Positions 11,300-24,245 of a DNA stretch of 64,000 nt are shown here, piece by piece. The stretch is from the NCBI RefSeq assembly GCF_006345805.1, contig NC_043019.1:18661360-18725359 (forward strand), in the 5' to 3' direction. Under the pieces are notes generated by a model. The model had not been told where the DNA came from and made no database searches. It saw only the letters and a program-made list of their open reading frames with translations. Each line of letters opens with the position of its first letter. Position 1 is the stretch's first letter. The translations under genes were made by a program, and so were the position numbers. This stretch comes from Octopus sinensis. Taxonomy: Eukaryota.

Positions 11300-13430
11300 T
11301 ACCATAATCAAAGTGCACATATTTGGTGTCCATTTCTTTCTTCCGAGCCTGCATATGCTTCACTGTTCTCCTACTCCCACCCCATTTCTCTGGTTGATTG
11401 GCAAGAAAAAGACAGTTGATCCCATGCGTGTCTGCATCCATGTGCATATAACAGGAATACAAATTGCACAAATTAGAGAGCAACAGGAAAAAGCACAATA
11501 GGTCAGCCAACCACCTCAAGCAGGTGACAAAAAAGGCAGTGCTTGAATTCGAATGCATTGCAACCAACCCTGACAGCAAAGTGTTCTGGAAGTATGTGCA
11601 CTCAAAGCAGAGACCCCACTCTCCAGTTGGTCCCCTTCGCAATCCCCACACAGGACAGATTACTGGCAATCCCGAAGAATGTGCAGAAATCATTGCTAGG
11701 TGCTATGCCGGCATCTTTACTGTCAAAGACCAAAATGTCCCATCTTCATCACCGCTGACATCGGACTCCATATCTACTATGCAATTTACACCAGCAATGC
11801 TACAACGCCACCTTAAGAATAAACGCAACTATGCCTCTCCTGGTCTCAATGGTGTTACATACCTACTTCTCAAATGCGGTCGGTACTTTCTTCTAAGTCA
11901 ACTTTCTCTATTCTTCCAATTCTGTCTTGACAATGGTGTTACTCCAGAACAGTGGAAAACTGCCAGTGTTATCCCTCTGTTCAAAAAAGGCGACCGCACA
12001 TCGCCTGTCAACTATCACCCCGTTAGTCTTACTAGCTGCATCGCCAAATTGATGGAATCCTGTATCAGAGAAACCCTCTGGAAGTCTCACAGCCTCATCC
12101 AGCTGTCACAATTCGGATTTATTCCTAACTCCAGCTGCTGTAATCAACTCATCGAGTTTCTTGAGGACGTTACCCAAATCACTAATCGCGGATCCTGGGT
12201 AGATATTGTTTACCTGGACTTTGCTAAGGCTTTTAACTCTGTGCCACACAAAAGACTTATGGTGAAGCTTTCTGCATTGGGCTTAAGAGACGAACTCTAT
12301 AACTGGTTGAAGTCCTTTATTTTCGGCCGAAAAGAGGTTGTCACAGTTCTAGGACAGCACTCTTCGCCCTATGAGATGACATCTGGTGTACCACAGGGAT
12401 CTGTTCTTGGCCCCCTTTTATTTGTTGCATATGTTAATGACATAGATGCCAACTTAAAGAATGCCACAGTGCTGAAATATGCAGATGACATCAAGCTGTA
12501 CCTTGAAATAAAGAGGTCAGATCCTGTACACTATAGATCTCTATTGCAAGCAGACTTGGACACAATGCAGCAGTGGATCATGGACTGGCAACTCAAGCTG
12601 GCTGTGGACAAATGTACCACCATGCATTTTGGGAGGAGAAACCCAGCGTCCACCTACTCCCTCCACAACACTAGTCTCAAAAAGTCTTCATGTGAACGTG
12701 ACCTGGGTGTTATTGTTGACAGTGATTTGCGTTGGACAAAACACATCGCTAAAATTGTCAAGAAGGCTGAGGGTGTCTTGGCATCACTCACCAAATCCTT
12801 TGTGAGCCGCTCTCCTACTATCTATCTGTGGCTTTATATAGCTACGGTAAGACCTCACCTGGAATTTGCATCACTGGTCTGGAACCCCTATCTTGCCCAG
12901 GATATCAATCGTCTGGAAGCCGTTCAGCAACGTGCAACCAAAAGAATACCCTCCATCAGGCATTTGCCATATTCTGAACGCATTACTTCCCTGGGCATGG
13001 ACACATTGAAACTCCGACGTCTGGCAGCTGACTTGGCAGACACCCATAAAATTATTAACCATCTTACAAACAATAACTCTGAGCACCTTTTCAAACTTCA
13101 CCCATCTAACACCCGTGAACATATTTACAAAGTCAGAAAACAGCACAGCTCCCATGACTTCAGGAAACATTTTTTCACGCTGAGAGTTTCTGAAGCATGG
13201 AACAAACTGCCGGCATCAGTTGTTAGTTGTCGGAGCACTGCATCCTTCAAAACTTCCATGCTTCCTGAGATTCGCCAACACTACACCTGATTTTCTCCCC
13301 TCCATACACACGCAAGCATGTATCTGACTCATGCATTGTTCGCTTTCCAGACATTTGTACATTACTGCATATACTCTGACAAGTTGTGGTGCACCTGAGC
13401 ACTGTATACAATAATTTCATTATTATTATT
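11300..13430 (+). mobile_element. 5'-truncated CR1-group LINE with an uninterrupted 608-codon RT ORF (11464-13290)
   Basis: Motifs PLFKKG, YLDFAKAFNSV, GVPQGSVLGPLLF, YADDIK, RDLGV and RRLAADL; short 3' UTR ending in (ATT)n at about 13420-13431. The 5' boundary is approximate. Confidence 0.9.
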
Positions 13431-13633
13431 ATATATACATAATGATTGATAACTAACTGGAGACGACAATCAGCTAAAATAAATATTACAGCGGAAAACC
13501 AACTGTGACTAGAATGAGTTCAAAATGCATTCAAATACTCATTGCACACAGGGAAAATGGTCTTCGTTTTCCTCTTAGTTATTATGACTTCTGTTTTCTT
13601 GCTAACCTGCCTGAGGTCACTCTTGCTTCATAA

Positions 13634-13800
13634 TCCTTTAGCATTTAAACCAGTCATCTCCAGCCCAAATATTCTGTTTTGTACTCAAATTAGCCAGCTC
13701 CAGCCTCTTTCCCCTGCCCCACGCTTTTATTCCAGAAATAGAGAATCACATAATCGAAACACTGAAGATCTCTGATCTAAGTAATCAGAATGCTAAAGCA
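13634..13800 (-). mobile_element. piggyBac-type MITE, copy in reverse orientation
   Basis: TCCTTTAGCATT...AATGCTAAAGCA termini with ATAA/TTAA flanks; the reverse complement resembles the other family copies. Confidence 0.6.
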
Positions 13801-13870
13801 TTAAAACTGATCTCAATTCAAACGTGTCACATCAAAATTTTCTTATTTATGTTCTTATTTATGTTCTTAA

Positions 13871-14063
13871 CCCGTTAGTATTCAGATTATTTTATCAAAT
13901 GTAATGCTTATTTAATCATGCATTTCCCCGTAACTTTGAGATTTTGATGATGTGGTTGCGTATTTTTAGAACAACATTGGTATGAGAGGCTGGATCTGGC
14001 TGGTTTGAAGAGAAAACAGGTTGAATATTTGAGCCAGATATGGCCGGTTTAAATACTAGAAGG
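13871..14063 (+). mobile_element. piggyBac-type MITE, copy 3
   Basis: TTAA at 13867-13870 and 14064-14067; shared internal gaggctggatctgg and gaatattt segments. Confidence 0.7.
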
Positions 14064-15062
14064 TTAACGACGGCAGTTTGTTAATGTTGTAATTCCGGTT
14101 ATCGAACTGGTGAGATTGTTGAATACAGAAGACTGGAAATGATTAGCTGTAAGTAGGCTTTTTGCCTTCTAAGAACGAGAATATGGTATCCGTCGTTAGT
14201 TGCTTCAGTTGTGACCCTTGCTGATCAGGAGTCACCAATGTTTAAATATCCTTCCGAAGCCTTGTTTTCAACTGGAAATAACTGAGTAGTAATAATCCTT
14301 TCTACTATTGGCACAAGGCCTGAAATTTGCGGGGAGGGTAGGAGGGGGGGCAGTTGATTTGATCAACTCCAGTACACAACTGGTACTTAATTATCGACCC
14401 TGAAAGGATGAAAGGCAAGGTCAACCTTGGCAGAGTTTGAACTCTGAACGTCACAATGGGCAAAATACATTTCACCTGGTGTGTTAACGATTCTGCCAGC
14501 TTACCACCTTATTGTGAGTAGTGATAAAGAACAGTAATCATTCCCACAAATTCTTTGTTATTTTCCGAATTACTTGAAACAAAGACCTCAAGGGTTAAGG
14601 CACCAAGTTGTACATAGTTGTGTAGATGTGCCAAATGAACTGCTTCTAGGCCAGCCAGTTGTTTCGTAAATGCATGGAACTAACTCACAAACTCCCTCCC
14701 TTCGTTCCTCTTGGCCGCCCAATCTCATACACGTAAACAAACATTCAGTTATTGACACAAGAACAGGAATTTGATTTTGGGAGAGACAGAGACATTGATT
14801 AGATTGACCCTGATACTTGTACATTATTTTATTGATCCTTAATCCCCATAGAGTAGGCTTTAGGCTTTAGCTGGAATCAAATTCAAATTGTAAAGGCCTG
14901 CAAATATATACTGCATATTTCCTCTTGGGTTTTCTGCCCATTTCACTATTCTTGGACAAGTAAATAAGTGTGAAGAAAAATTTTGAATGGTATTTCAAAC
15001 TTGTTGGTTCTACTTTATTTACAACTTACTACCGTAATAATAATAATAATAATAATAATAAT

Positions 15063-15622
15063 GAAATGCCCTGTTACAGAACCAGGCAGTGGCTCTCATA
15101 GCTTTTCATCTTAAATGATTGGAAGTGTTATCATGTACATTGTTTTGTCTTGGTATAAAAGATTGGCTTCAGTAAATATTCTGCTCAATACCACAGATTT
15201 GCTTGTCAATTGTTTGACCGTAACCAGTTCAACACGTCTCTTAGTGGCTGACGATGTGTGTATCTCAGATCATGAGCAGGAGTGTTGGGGCAGGGTGATA
15301 GCCATGTGTTGAGAGGAATTCTTTGGGGTTTGGATAATTCACCTTTGGAAACATTGGCGTTTCGCTCAACTTCCTTAAACAACCCTTATTCAGGGACCTT
15401 TTGAGCTAGATGGGCTACTCAGCCTGTAGAAAATTCTAACTGGGCCCCACCTGCAAAGTCATGTGCTTTTTATCTTGATACGAGATCACCATGTCGTGTA
15501 CACATGGTTGTGATGCATGGGCCTAGTGTACCCTTATCTGACGAGTAGTCATGATGGGTATACAGGGTTTTGTGTATTTGTACCCCAGTGTCACTTTGAT
15601 GGCATGCACTGCTCTCTTGCTC
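15063..15622. mobile_element. About 560-bp non-coding interspersed element flanked on both sides by (AAT)n
   Basis: (TAA)n at 15035-15062 and AACAACAATAATAAT at 15623-15637. Recognised by pattern as an octopus-type repeat; class and strand are uncertain. Confidence 0.45.
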
Positions 15623-17320
15623 AACAACAATAATAATGGCATTATTATTTGAAGAACAAGTGTTGCACTCAATCAACAGAACATCCTTCTCATGAAATTA
15701 ATATGGTTGAGCAAAGACAGAGAACTGAGCCTTTGCAATACAACTCGTTTATGCCAGCTGAGTAGCCTGGAGCAGTGTGGAATAAAGTGTCTTGCTCCAA
15801 GGATGTAATGCAATGTCTCGTATCAAACTCACAACCTCATGAATGTAAGCCACCATTCAACCGGTAAATGGTTTGTTATCTCCCCTGGCCATAGATATTT
15901 GGCTCTTGTGAAACAGGATGAAAATATCTGCTAAAACTTTTCGTGTCTCTATTATTTTACTCCGTCTGCCATCTTCTGTGTAGTAACTAGGATCAGCTGT
16001 TTTCTTTCTAACTCTAACTGTAGATTGTTTACTTGGTGATGTATCGTAACCACCCCTATCATGTACCCTGAGAGCCCTTATTCTGCTTCATTAGATGTCC
16101 ACTTTCCTCTGAAACTAGCTAATTCAGATTACATTTGACAATCTCCAAAAGAAGTTATAGCTTTTGTTGCAATTTTGCCTTTTCTCTAAGCAACTCTTTG
16201 ATAGGTCACGTGATGCAGACCCAGGTACAGTTTTTTTTTGTTTGTTTGTTTTTGTTTTTTAATTATTCTTATGTGAAATGCAGGATAAATTTGAAGGAGA
16301 TTTGGCTTCTGGTTTTACCGGGTCAAGTGACCACATGGTGGCTCCTTGGTTGAAGTAGTTTGCTTCAGGTATTGCTTGCTAAAATAGCTATCAGTACAAA
16401 ATATCTTCAGACCTTGATCACACATAACAATACAATAACACAGTGGTACTGGTTGTTTTACTTTAATAATGTTTAATGCTTGTCACTTGGCATAAAACCC
16501 ACCTCCCTCAATACTACCCCTCCCCTTCATTTGAGGTGTTTTATGACTTTAGTGACTTCACTGGTGCCAGTGTCACTGAAAAAGCGCTGTGTATACTCTC
16601 TAGAGTGGGTGTCATTAGGAAAGGCATCCAACTGTAGAAACCGTACCCAGAGCTCAGCACAGTCCTTTGGTTTGTCAGCTCCTGTCAGACTGTCCAACCC
16701 ATACCAATGTGGGGAATGGGTATGTGAGGGTGTGTGGTTTTCCGTACATGTCTACTGCCTTCTCCTTGAATTGTGCTAGAAACAGCCTCTCATTGTTACT
16801 GCATCAGCAGTAGATTCTGAGTAATTGAAATAACATGTTAATGTGTTACATTAAATAAACACAAGACAATAATACTGATGCTGGATGCACAAGTCATTGG
16901 GGTTGTTTGCTGGCGCTCTGTGCCCCTCAGGGCTTCATAGCCTATTAGGCTTTATCACTGTACTTTTTGGCCTAAAATCCAGTGTCAAACTTTTTCTCAA
17001 GTATTACAGTATTTATTGTATAGGGTGGAAAATAAGCAGAATCAAGAGAGGGTTCGACAGAATGCCCTGCTGCAGTTAGTTACATTCTGTGTTCAAATCC
17101 CAGTCACATCTATGTTCTCCTGAGATAAGCACCAGCTGAATGTTGGAGGCTGATGACTATATCCATCCTTCAAATTTGAGGCCTTCTTCCTAATGCTTTC
17201 ACTCTATGCTTTGGCTTTTCTTCAGTCTTGTAGTTGTTTTGTTGTGTTCAAATCTCTCTCTCTCCTTGCCTAGTTATACACATTATCATAGGGATTTTTT
17301 CAATTATTTATTCATTCCAG

Positions 17321-17466
17321 GAACACTACGGCATCGCTGAGAAAAATATGTGAAATTCTGGGGCTGGAAAGAGGAGGAGCAAAAGATGAAATACTCAATA
17401 AGATAATGGACTTCCTTGTGAAACCAAAGGATACAGGCAAGAGTGTTCCTAAACCGAAAAAGAAAC
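17321..17466 (+). CDS. DEK: DEK coding exon 5, SAP domain (LRKICEILGLERGGAKDEILNKIMDFLVKPK)
   Basis: ttccag acceptor and gttagt donor; SAP helix-loop-helix pattern; phases 2/1. Confidence 0.95.
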
Positions 17467-19154
17467 GTTAGTGTTTTCTCTCTCCATCCTTTTCCATTCT
17501 TTGTCCTCTTGCTGTCTGCCCATCTTTAATCTCATCTTTGCATATATCATATACTTGATGAAACATGAAAAGTGTTTCAATTGATATTTAAAGTAATCAA
17601 GAATTCGGAGGTCATTTGTTTATATTTGTTATGCCTCCAGGCATGAAGGGAGCAATAAAAATTCACCCCTGCTACGTATTAGGGGCCCACACCTTGGCAG
17701 CCCATTATGCAGTTGTTAATTCCCTTAACAAAGCTATTTTGGGTCTGGTTTGTTTATTCCAATAATTTTAACAGGCAAGAATTTGCTTTGAATCATGAGG
17801 TATTGGGTTCAGTCCCTCTGTCTGGCACTTTGGTCAAGTGTTTTCTACTAGGGTCTCATGATGACCAATGCCTTGCGAGTGGAATTTAGATAGCAGAAAC
17901 TGTATGGAAGCCCATCATGTATGTGTGTGTTTTGTTTCATTGTCACTAAGTGGGTGTTGATGCTTATGTCCCATTGTTCAGCTGTTTAAAGCAAGACAAA
18001 TGAAATAAGGTAAATATCTGAAAGGGCACCAAGCTACACAATATTGCCTCTAGGAAAAGTGACAAGGAGGCAAGAGCTAGCTCTCTCTCTCTCTCTCTCT
18101 CTCTCTTTGGCCAGCTTGAGGCTATAGTGGGAGGTGCTTGGCAGTGGGGCTGGACTATAAAAAGGGTAATACTGATGAGTGTTGCATATTATCATTATCA
18201 TCCTCGTAACATCCATTATCCATGCTGGCATGAGTTGGATGGCTTGACAGGAGGTGGGTAGGCAGAGAGCTGCACCAGCCTCCAATTGTCTGTTTTGGGA
18301 TGGTCTCTTTGGGTTGGATGTCCTTCCAAATGCCAGCCACTTTACAGAGTGTGGGCTGGGTGCATTTTACATGGCACCAGCACAGGTGCTAGGAGATAAA
18401 ATGAATATAAACTAGACAAAAGCAGGGCATAACTATATTGATTTTTATCTATATTTGTTTTCAGACAAATACCCTAAATAGATTTCTGTTAGAACCTTTG
18501 AAGCTGTCCTTAAAACACCACTTTCATATTAGTGGCTCAGTGTTGGACTCGTGATCATAAGATTGTGGTTTCAATTCCTGGACCGGGCAACACATTGTGT
18601 TCTTGAGCAAAACACTTCATTTCACATTGCTCCAGTCTACTCAGCTGGCAAAAGTGAGTAACCCTGCAGTGGACTGGCATCCTGTCCCAGTGGAGAATTT
18701 ATTCACCATGGCAACCAGGAAGCAGCCTTTTCAGCCTATTGGACTTGAGAAGGTTCTTCATCCTGTATTCTTTTATATGTATAATTAATAAATGAAGTTA
18801 TTAGTTTCAAATTTAAATAAAACACAGAAAAAAATATTTTAGTTAGAAGTATGAAAATGAAAGGGCTAAATTGGTGTCTAGACTCATCCACTTTTCTATA
18901 CTTGCATGGATGGAATTGATTGAGGCAAGTGTTCTACAGCTGGATACTCTTCCTGTTGCTAACCCTTACCTGTTTCCCTATGGCCGAATGTGTTCTCCAC
19001 AGAATGTTTGAAATTATAAAAACTCAGAGGATTTGGGGTCAATGGTTAACAGTCCATCCTACAATGTTTTATTGTTCATATTCACTTTGAAGCATTGGCT
19101 GTGTCCTTCTTTTCATTTTCCTTCTCTTTGGCATCCATCACTTTTTTTCTGCAG

Positions 19155-19339
19155 GGAAATCTGGTGAAACCAAGTCAAAGAGCAAGCCCAAGAAAAACAA
19201 GAAGAAATCATCTAGTTCTCAAAAGAAGAAAGTGGTGTCGTCTGACTCTTCTGAGTCTGATTCCGACGAGGAGGAGGAGGAAGAGGAACAAGAAGATGAA
19301 GAGAGTGAACAATCAGAAGAAAGTGAAGAAGAAGTAAAA
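19155..19339 (+). CDS. DEK: DEK coding exon 6 (Lys/Ser-rich, then acidic tract)
   Basis: ttctgcag acceptor and gtaagt donor at 19340; open in frame; phases 1/0. Confidence 0.88.
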
Positions 19340-20638
19340 GTAAGTTTTGTAGTTGTGCCATTCTTATTCTCTTCTTCCAGTTCCATCAAGCATATCTGGT
19401 CACCAAAAGTTTGTGTGCTTCACTGTCTACTCTGATTTTCAAGAGTTACTAAAAGCTAGGAAATCCTTTTGCTTTATCATGAATGGCCACTTGATGAGAT
19501 ACGTCTTTTGAATGCTTTTTACAAAACATCCTCATCTTCGTCGTTTAACATCCACTTTCCTATAGTCACATGGGTCGAACAGCATTTGTTGAAATGGGTT
19601 TTCTGTAGCTGGCTGCCCTTTCTATCACCAACCATTACCACTTTCAAAGCAAGGTAATATTTCCCCATGGACAGACATGTTTTCCACTGAAGATTGGGAG
19701 TGAAGGACACTTGCTTATTTATAACCCTCACATGACAAGGACACACGGACACACTCTGTTTCTGTCTACCAGATTGTTCAAAAGACTTTGATCAAACCCA
19801 AGATACTGGGCAGTGGGACTGAACCCAAGACCACATAGTTGAGAAGCCACACTTGCACCTAAATCTATTTCAGTATTTGGTGTGCAGCCCTTCTCTGCTT
19901 GGCATGTCACATGCACATTGTTTTGAAAAATTGACACATTCAATATTTTTGCTAATATTTACAGTTTTTCTGATCATTGGTTGGGTTATTCCTGAATAAA
20001 GACACCTAAGGTAGGTGTGGCTCTGGTAAAAACTATGCTTCCCAACTACATAGTTTCAGGTTCGGTTCCACTGCATCGCACTATGGTCAAGTGTCTTCTA
20101 CTATAGCTTCATGCTGACCAAAGCCTTGTAAGTGTACCAGAAACAAGGAAAAACCTGTTTGTGTGTCTCTTTGCCTTGGCATTGTACGGTAGTTGTTAGC
20201 AGATGTCAGGGTCATACAAGCTGGGTCCTTCATTTCCCTGAAAATATGTCAGGTCATGGGGAAGTATTACTTGAAGTGGTGACAAGAAGGGCATCCAACC
20301 CCAGAAAATCTGCCTCGACTAATTCCATCCAATCCTGTGAGTGTGGGAAATTGGACTTGAAAAGGGTAGTGATGACAATGAGCAATAAAACCATTTGGAA
20401 TTGTTATTGATGTTGCAGGTGTGCGGAAGGGATTTCACAATGATCGAAATTCCACAAGTGCCATTGTAATCTGGGCACCTTGTATGTTAGCCAATCAGTT
20501 CTGTGGGAAAGCGGGTGGGAATTGAACTCTTGATTATGCAATAAGCATGGCTATAATTCTTTTTTTTTTTTGTTTCCCTTGCTTCTCTCCACATGTACTA
20601 ACATATCTCTCCCACCCCATGTATTTCTTGTTTTGTAG

Positions 20639-20750
20639 GAGGTGAAGAAAAAGAAGAAATCTAAACCAGAGAAGAAGCCATCGAAAGAAAAGAAGAAAGA
20701 GAAAAAGAAGGAAACCCCCAAAAAGAAAGTGGTTGCCAAAAAGCGAAAAG
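20639..20750 (+). CDS. DEK: DEK coding exon 7 (Lys-rich, EVKKKKKSKPEKK...AKKRK)
   Basis: ttttgtag acceptor and gttggc donor; phases 0/1 are consistent with both neighbouring exons. Confidence 0.85.
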
Positions 20751-22141
20751 GTTGGCATTGGTGTTGATTGAATAATGAAAATAATATCATGACAACTTGT
20801 ATAAGTTTGCATGGATAGATATCATATATATTTGTGTGTATCATGGAGTTTTGTTTGCAAATGTCTCTACCTAAAATCTATTTTATATAAAAGTGAAATG
20901 GCTTCAATGTTTCGAATGGATTAAATCTATTTCTGTTGTATCATCAAACCACACAAGGCCTCCCCATCAACTGCCCATGTCTGTGGATTGTCTCTGGGTG
21001 GAAATTTCTATGCTGATCTAAGTATTTTACACACGTGCATACATGCACACAGAACAAAGGGATATTTTACTTGTTTATGTTATTCAATAAGACCAACCAT
21101 AACTGGGTGTCGTGTGCCCAGATAACTGCATGAAACTTAAGGGAACATTCTGTGATGTATAACAAATGTTCATAGGCCAGGCTCTGAGAATAGTCTCCTG
21201 CACACTTATTCTGTTGAGGACTGAAATGTCTTCACGTGTAATACAAAACAAAAGTCACCTGCACATGATGTGTACCTGATGGACTCTTCTTCCATCAAAG
21301 ATGATGTTATGACTGTTTGGTTTTTGCTGAAGGACTTTCACAAATGTTTGCTTATAGCGATCAATGTTTGTGTGCCGCTGCACAGTCGCTCACTGCTTCC
21401 ATCAAATCAATGCTGCTTGTACAGGTGTGTGAGTATGCAGAGCAGCATTAAATGAAGTTTTTTGCTCAAGAACATAGTGTACCACCTGCTCCTAGAATAG
21501 AACTTGCAATCTAGCATTTGTGAATGCAACACCCTAACCCACTAGGCCATGCACCTTCAGTTTTTCTTTCTCCCTTTTTTTAAAAGACTTGTCTTAAATC
21601 TCTATGGATGGATGGTCGTCCAAGAAAGATGGCTCTGCACAAATGATTCGTTTACAGTAATCAGATGTTTGTGCTGCACATTGCCTTGCTCCTTCCTTCA
21701 ACTTACCTTACCTGTACAGGTGCATGAGCGTACCACATGTCACATATTGAAATGGTCGCCAAGCAACATGAAATGGAGTGTTTTTCTCAAGAACACAAAG
21801 TACTGCCAGGTCTGGGAATTGAACCCACGCTCTAGTGTTCATGAGTACTGCATCCTAACCACTATGGCATGTTCTCTCTTCTATCTGGTTTGGTTTTCAG
21901 TCTTACTGTGGCACTTTGGGCAAGGGTCTTCTACTACAGCCCCAGGCTGACCAATGCCCTGTGGGTGGATTTGGTAAGTGGAAACTATGGAAGCCCTTGT
22001 ATGTGTCCATGCTTGTCCTCTCAACCACTTGATAACCAATGTTGGTTTGTTTGCATCTGTGTAACTTGGTAGTTATACTTAGCACTCTCTCCAAAAATGG
22101 AGAGAGTGAAGGCAGCAGATCTTCAATGAGACACTTGTTAA

Positions 22142-23358
22142 CCCTTTCGTTACTATATTTCTGACCAAAATACACCCCTCATGAGTTTCAATTAAATTCT
22201 AAAATACTCATGAATTTAGGCTTGTTTCATTAAATAACTGTAACTTTTTTACTTATCAACATATTATTGTGATATTTGGAACATAAAGAAAGGGTTCTTA
22301 ATCAATTCTATTGCATAACTTTTGTCTCAAAGTGACTTTAATTACAGGTAAATTGAGCTAAAAGTAAAACATTAAAATTTTGTTTAAACATCACCATAGA
22401 AAATGAATCATCAGCTAATATTCAAATGGGTATGCAACAAAATTTTGATAAAGAAGAATTGTGCACATCACTAGATCATCAGTTGAATTTAATGCACAAC
22501 AGGTGTACCATAAAGGTGGAATAAACTGAAATACTGGAATCCACCGCAAGTTTGACCGAACTAAAGAAATCGATCAAAAAATAATATATGGCCCTGGTTA
22601 TGGTATGGAAGTGATAAATTCCAGACCACATCATTCCCTAGGCCATGCTGACTAACATTATTTTCCCTGTATAAAAACTAAATCCACAACAGTACTCAGT
22701 ATTTGCTTCACAAATTTTCCAAACTTTGATCCCCCATTCTGTGTTTGTTTACAATCTGCGTAAATTTGTTTACGAAGTGATCACTTAAAACAAGCATACT
22801 AAAACAAAATAAAGTCTAATGGTTTCACTTCCTAAGAAAGACTATAGATAAACTATCTCCTCAGAAAAATTGCTAATAAAAACATTTTTACTTCATTCCG
22901 ATGTAAAATCGTCTTTGCTGTCGCCATCGCCGCTTTGTTTCTTCGGAATCGCTGCTTTCGGTTAACGGATAAAAAAATATCCTATTCATTATTATACACC
23001 ACGTGCTTTTGTACCTCATTCATTCTTTTTCTCAATATCTCCCTATTTTCCATTGAAAAAGCTTTAAATTCGGAATCAATGCTTGATAACATGAAACTCC
23101 TATCCATTTTCAAAGTTGAAGAAAAATCGATGCCGAAAAAAATGTGGAAAAAAATCTCCCAAAATTCACTGAGTTGAGATATCGTGTCAAGCAATGTCGG
23201 ATACTATAACCCAACTATTTACAAAGTGAAATCACGTGTTTTAACGAATGCACCAACGAGATTTGGGTTCAAATTTACATTTAAATAACAATAGGTTCTC
23301 TTGGCCAGATTGGTATTATGAACCAAAATATTTTTCGGCCGGGTTAGTAACGAAAGGG
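22142..23358 (-). mobile_element. Degenerate piggyBac-family transposon, related to the copy at 1238-2280
   Basis: TTAA at 22138-22141 and 23359-23362; CCCTTTCGTTAC TIRs. Minus-strand remnants include MDRSFMLSSIDSEFKAFS..KHVVYNNE, WGIKVWKICEANTEY..FYTGK and GLGNDVVWNL..GHILFFDRF. Confidence 0.9.
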
Positions 23359-23775
23359 TTAATTATTCATCATTTTAACATCAACTTTACTTTACATGCA
23401 TGTATGAGGCAGATTGTTCTAGGGCCAGATGTTTTTCCTGCCATTTACCCTTACCTGTTTCCAAGATAACTAACATTTCCCTATGGCCACACAGTGTTTG
23501 GAAATGATTGACACCACCTTTTATATGAAGGTGATACTTCTGAACTATCATGCAATGTCAAGACCAGGTGACACAAGCATATGCTACAGCTTGGCCAGGG
23601 TAATGTGCTGTGGCACTGAACCTGAAACCATGTGGTTGGAAAGCAGAGTCCTTAACCACACAGCTATACCTGCAGCTTCCTAAGTAGAGTTAATTTTAAA
23701 TTTAACCGACCCCTAACTTCCTTTGGGTGTTTCTTCAGAGTTAAAAATAATCCAATATTTTAACATTTGTTTCAG

Positions 23776-23843
23776 TTTCTGATGTTTCTTCTGATAGCTC
23801 AGATGATGAACCCATCATCAAGAAAAAGAAATCACCTCCTTCG
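23776..23843 (+). CDS. DEK: DEK coding exon 8 (VSDVSSDSSDDEPIIKKKKSPPS)
   Basis: gtttcag acceptor and gtaagt donor; matches DEK DSSDDEPLIKK; phases 1/0. Confidence 0.93.
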
Positions 23844-23888
23844 GTAAGTATTGCTCTTTAAACCAATTGTCTTGACCTTTATTAGCCA

Positions 23889-24113
23889 TGGGTTCTTTTT
23901 TTTTGTTTCCTTTTTGCTGGGAAGGAAATCTTTTATGCAGTTCGATTTCATGGTCAGTACTTCTGGGTTCTTTTTTTTTGTTTCCTTTTTGCTGGGAAGG
24001 AAATCTTTTATGCAGTTCGATTTCATGGTCAGTACTTCTGGGTTCTTTTTTTTTTTTCCTTTTTGCTGGGAAGGAAATCTTTTATGCAGTTCGATTTCAT
24101 GGTCAGTACTTCT
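23889..24113. repeat. 75-bp tandem repeat, 3 copies
   Basis: Unit starts at 23889, 23964 and 24039; the copies are nearly identical. Confidence 0.95.
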
Positions 24114-24198
24114 ATGGCCAGGCATTTTTTTTCACAGAAGACTAGAAACAAACATTGCTTGCATGATGGGGATGTTTGTGCACCACCCTCATGTGGGC

Positions 24199-24245
<47 letters not shown>

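Noticed and set aside
11217-11693. Antisense and alternative-frame ORFs over the LINE and other TE remnants
   Set aside because: They are shadows of the RT ORF or of decayed TEs, with no independent motifs.
18170-18200. CTGATGAG at about 18173, and CTGAAGAG at about 37473 and 58501, as further hammerheads
   Set aside because: None has a pairable stem II followed by GAAA and a stem I/III arrangement.
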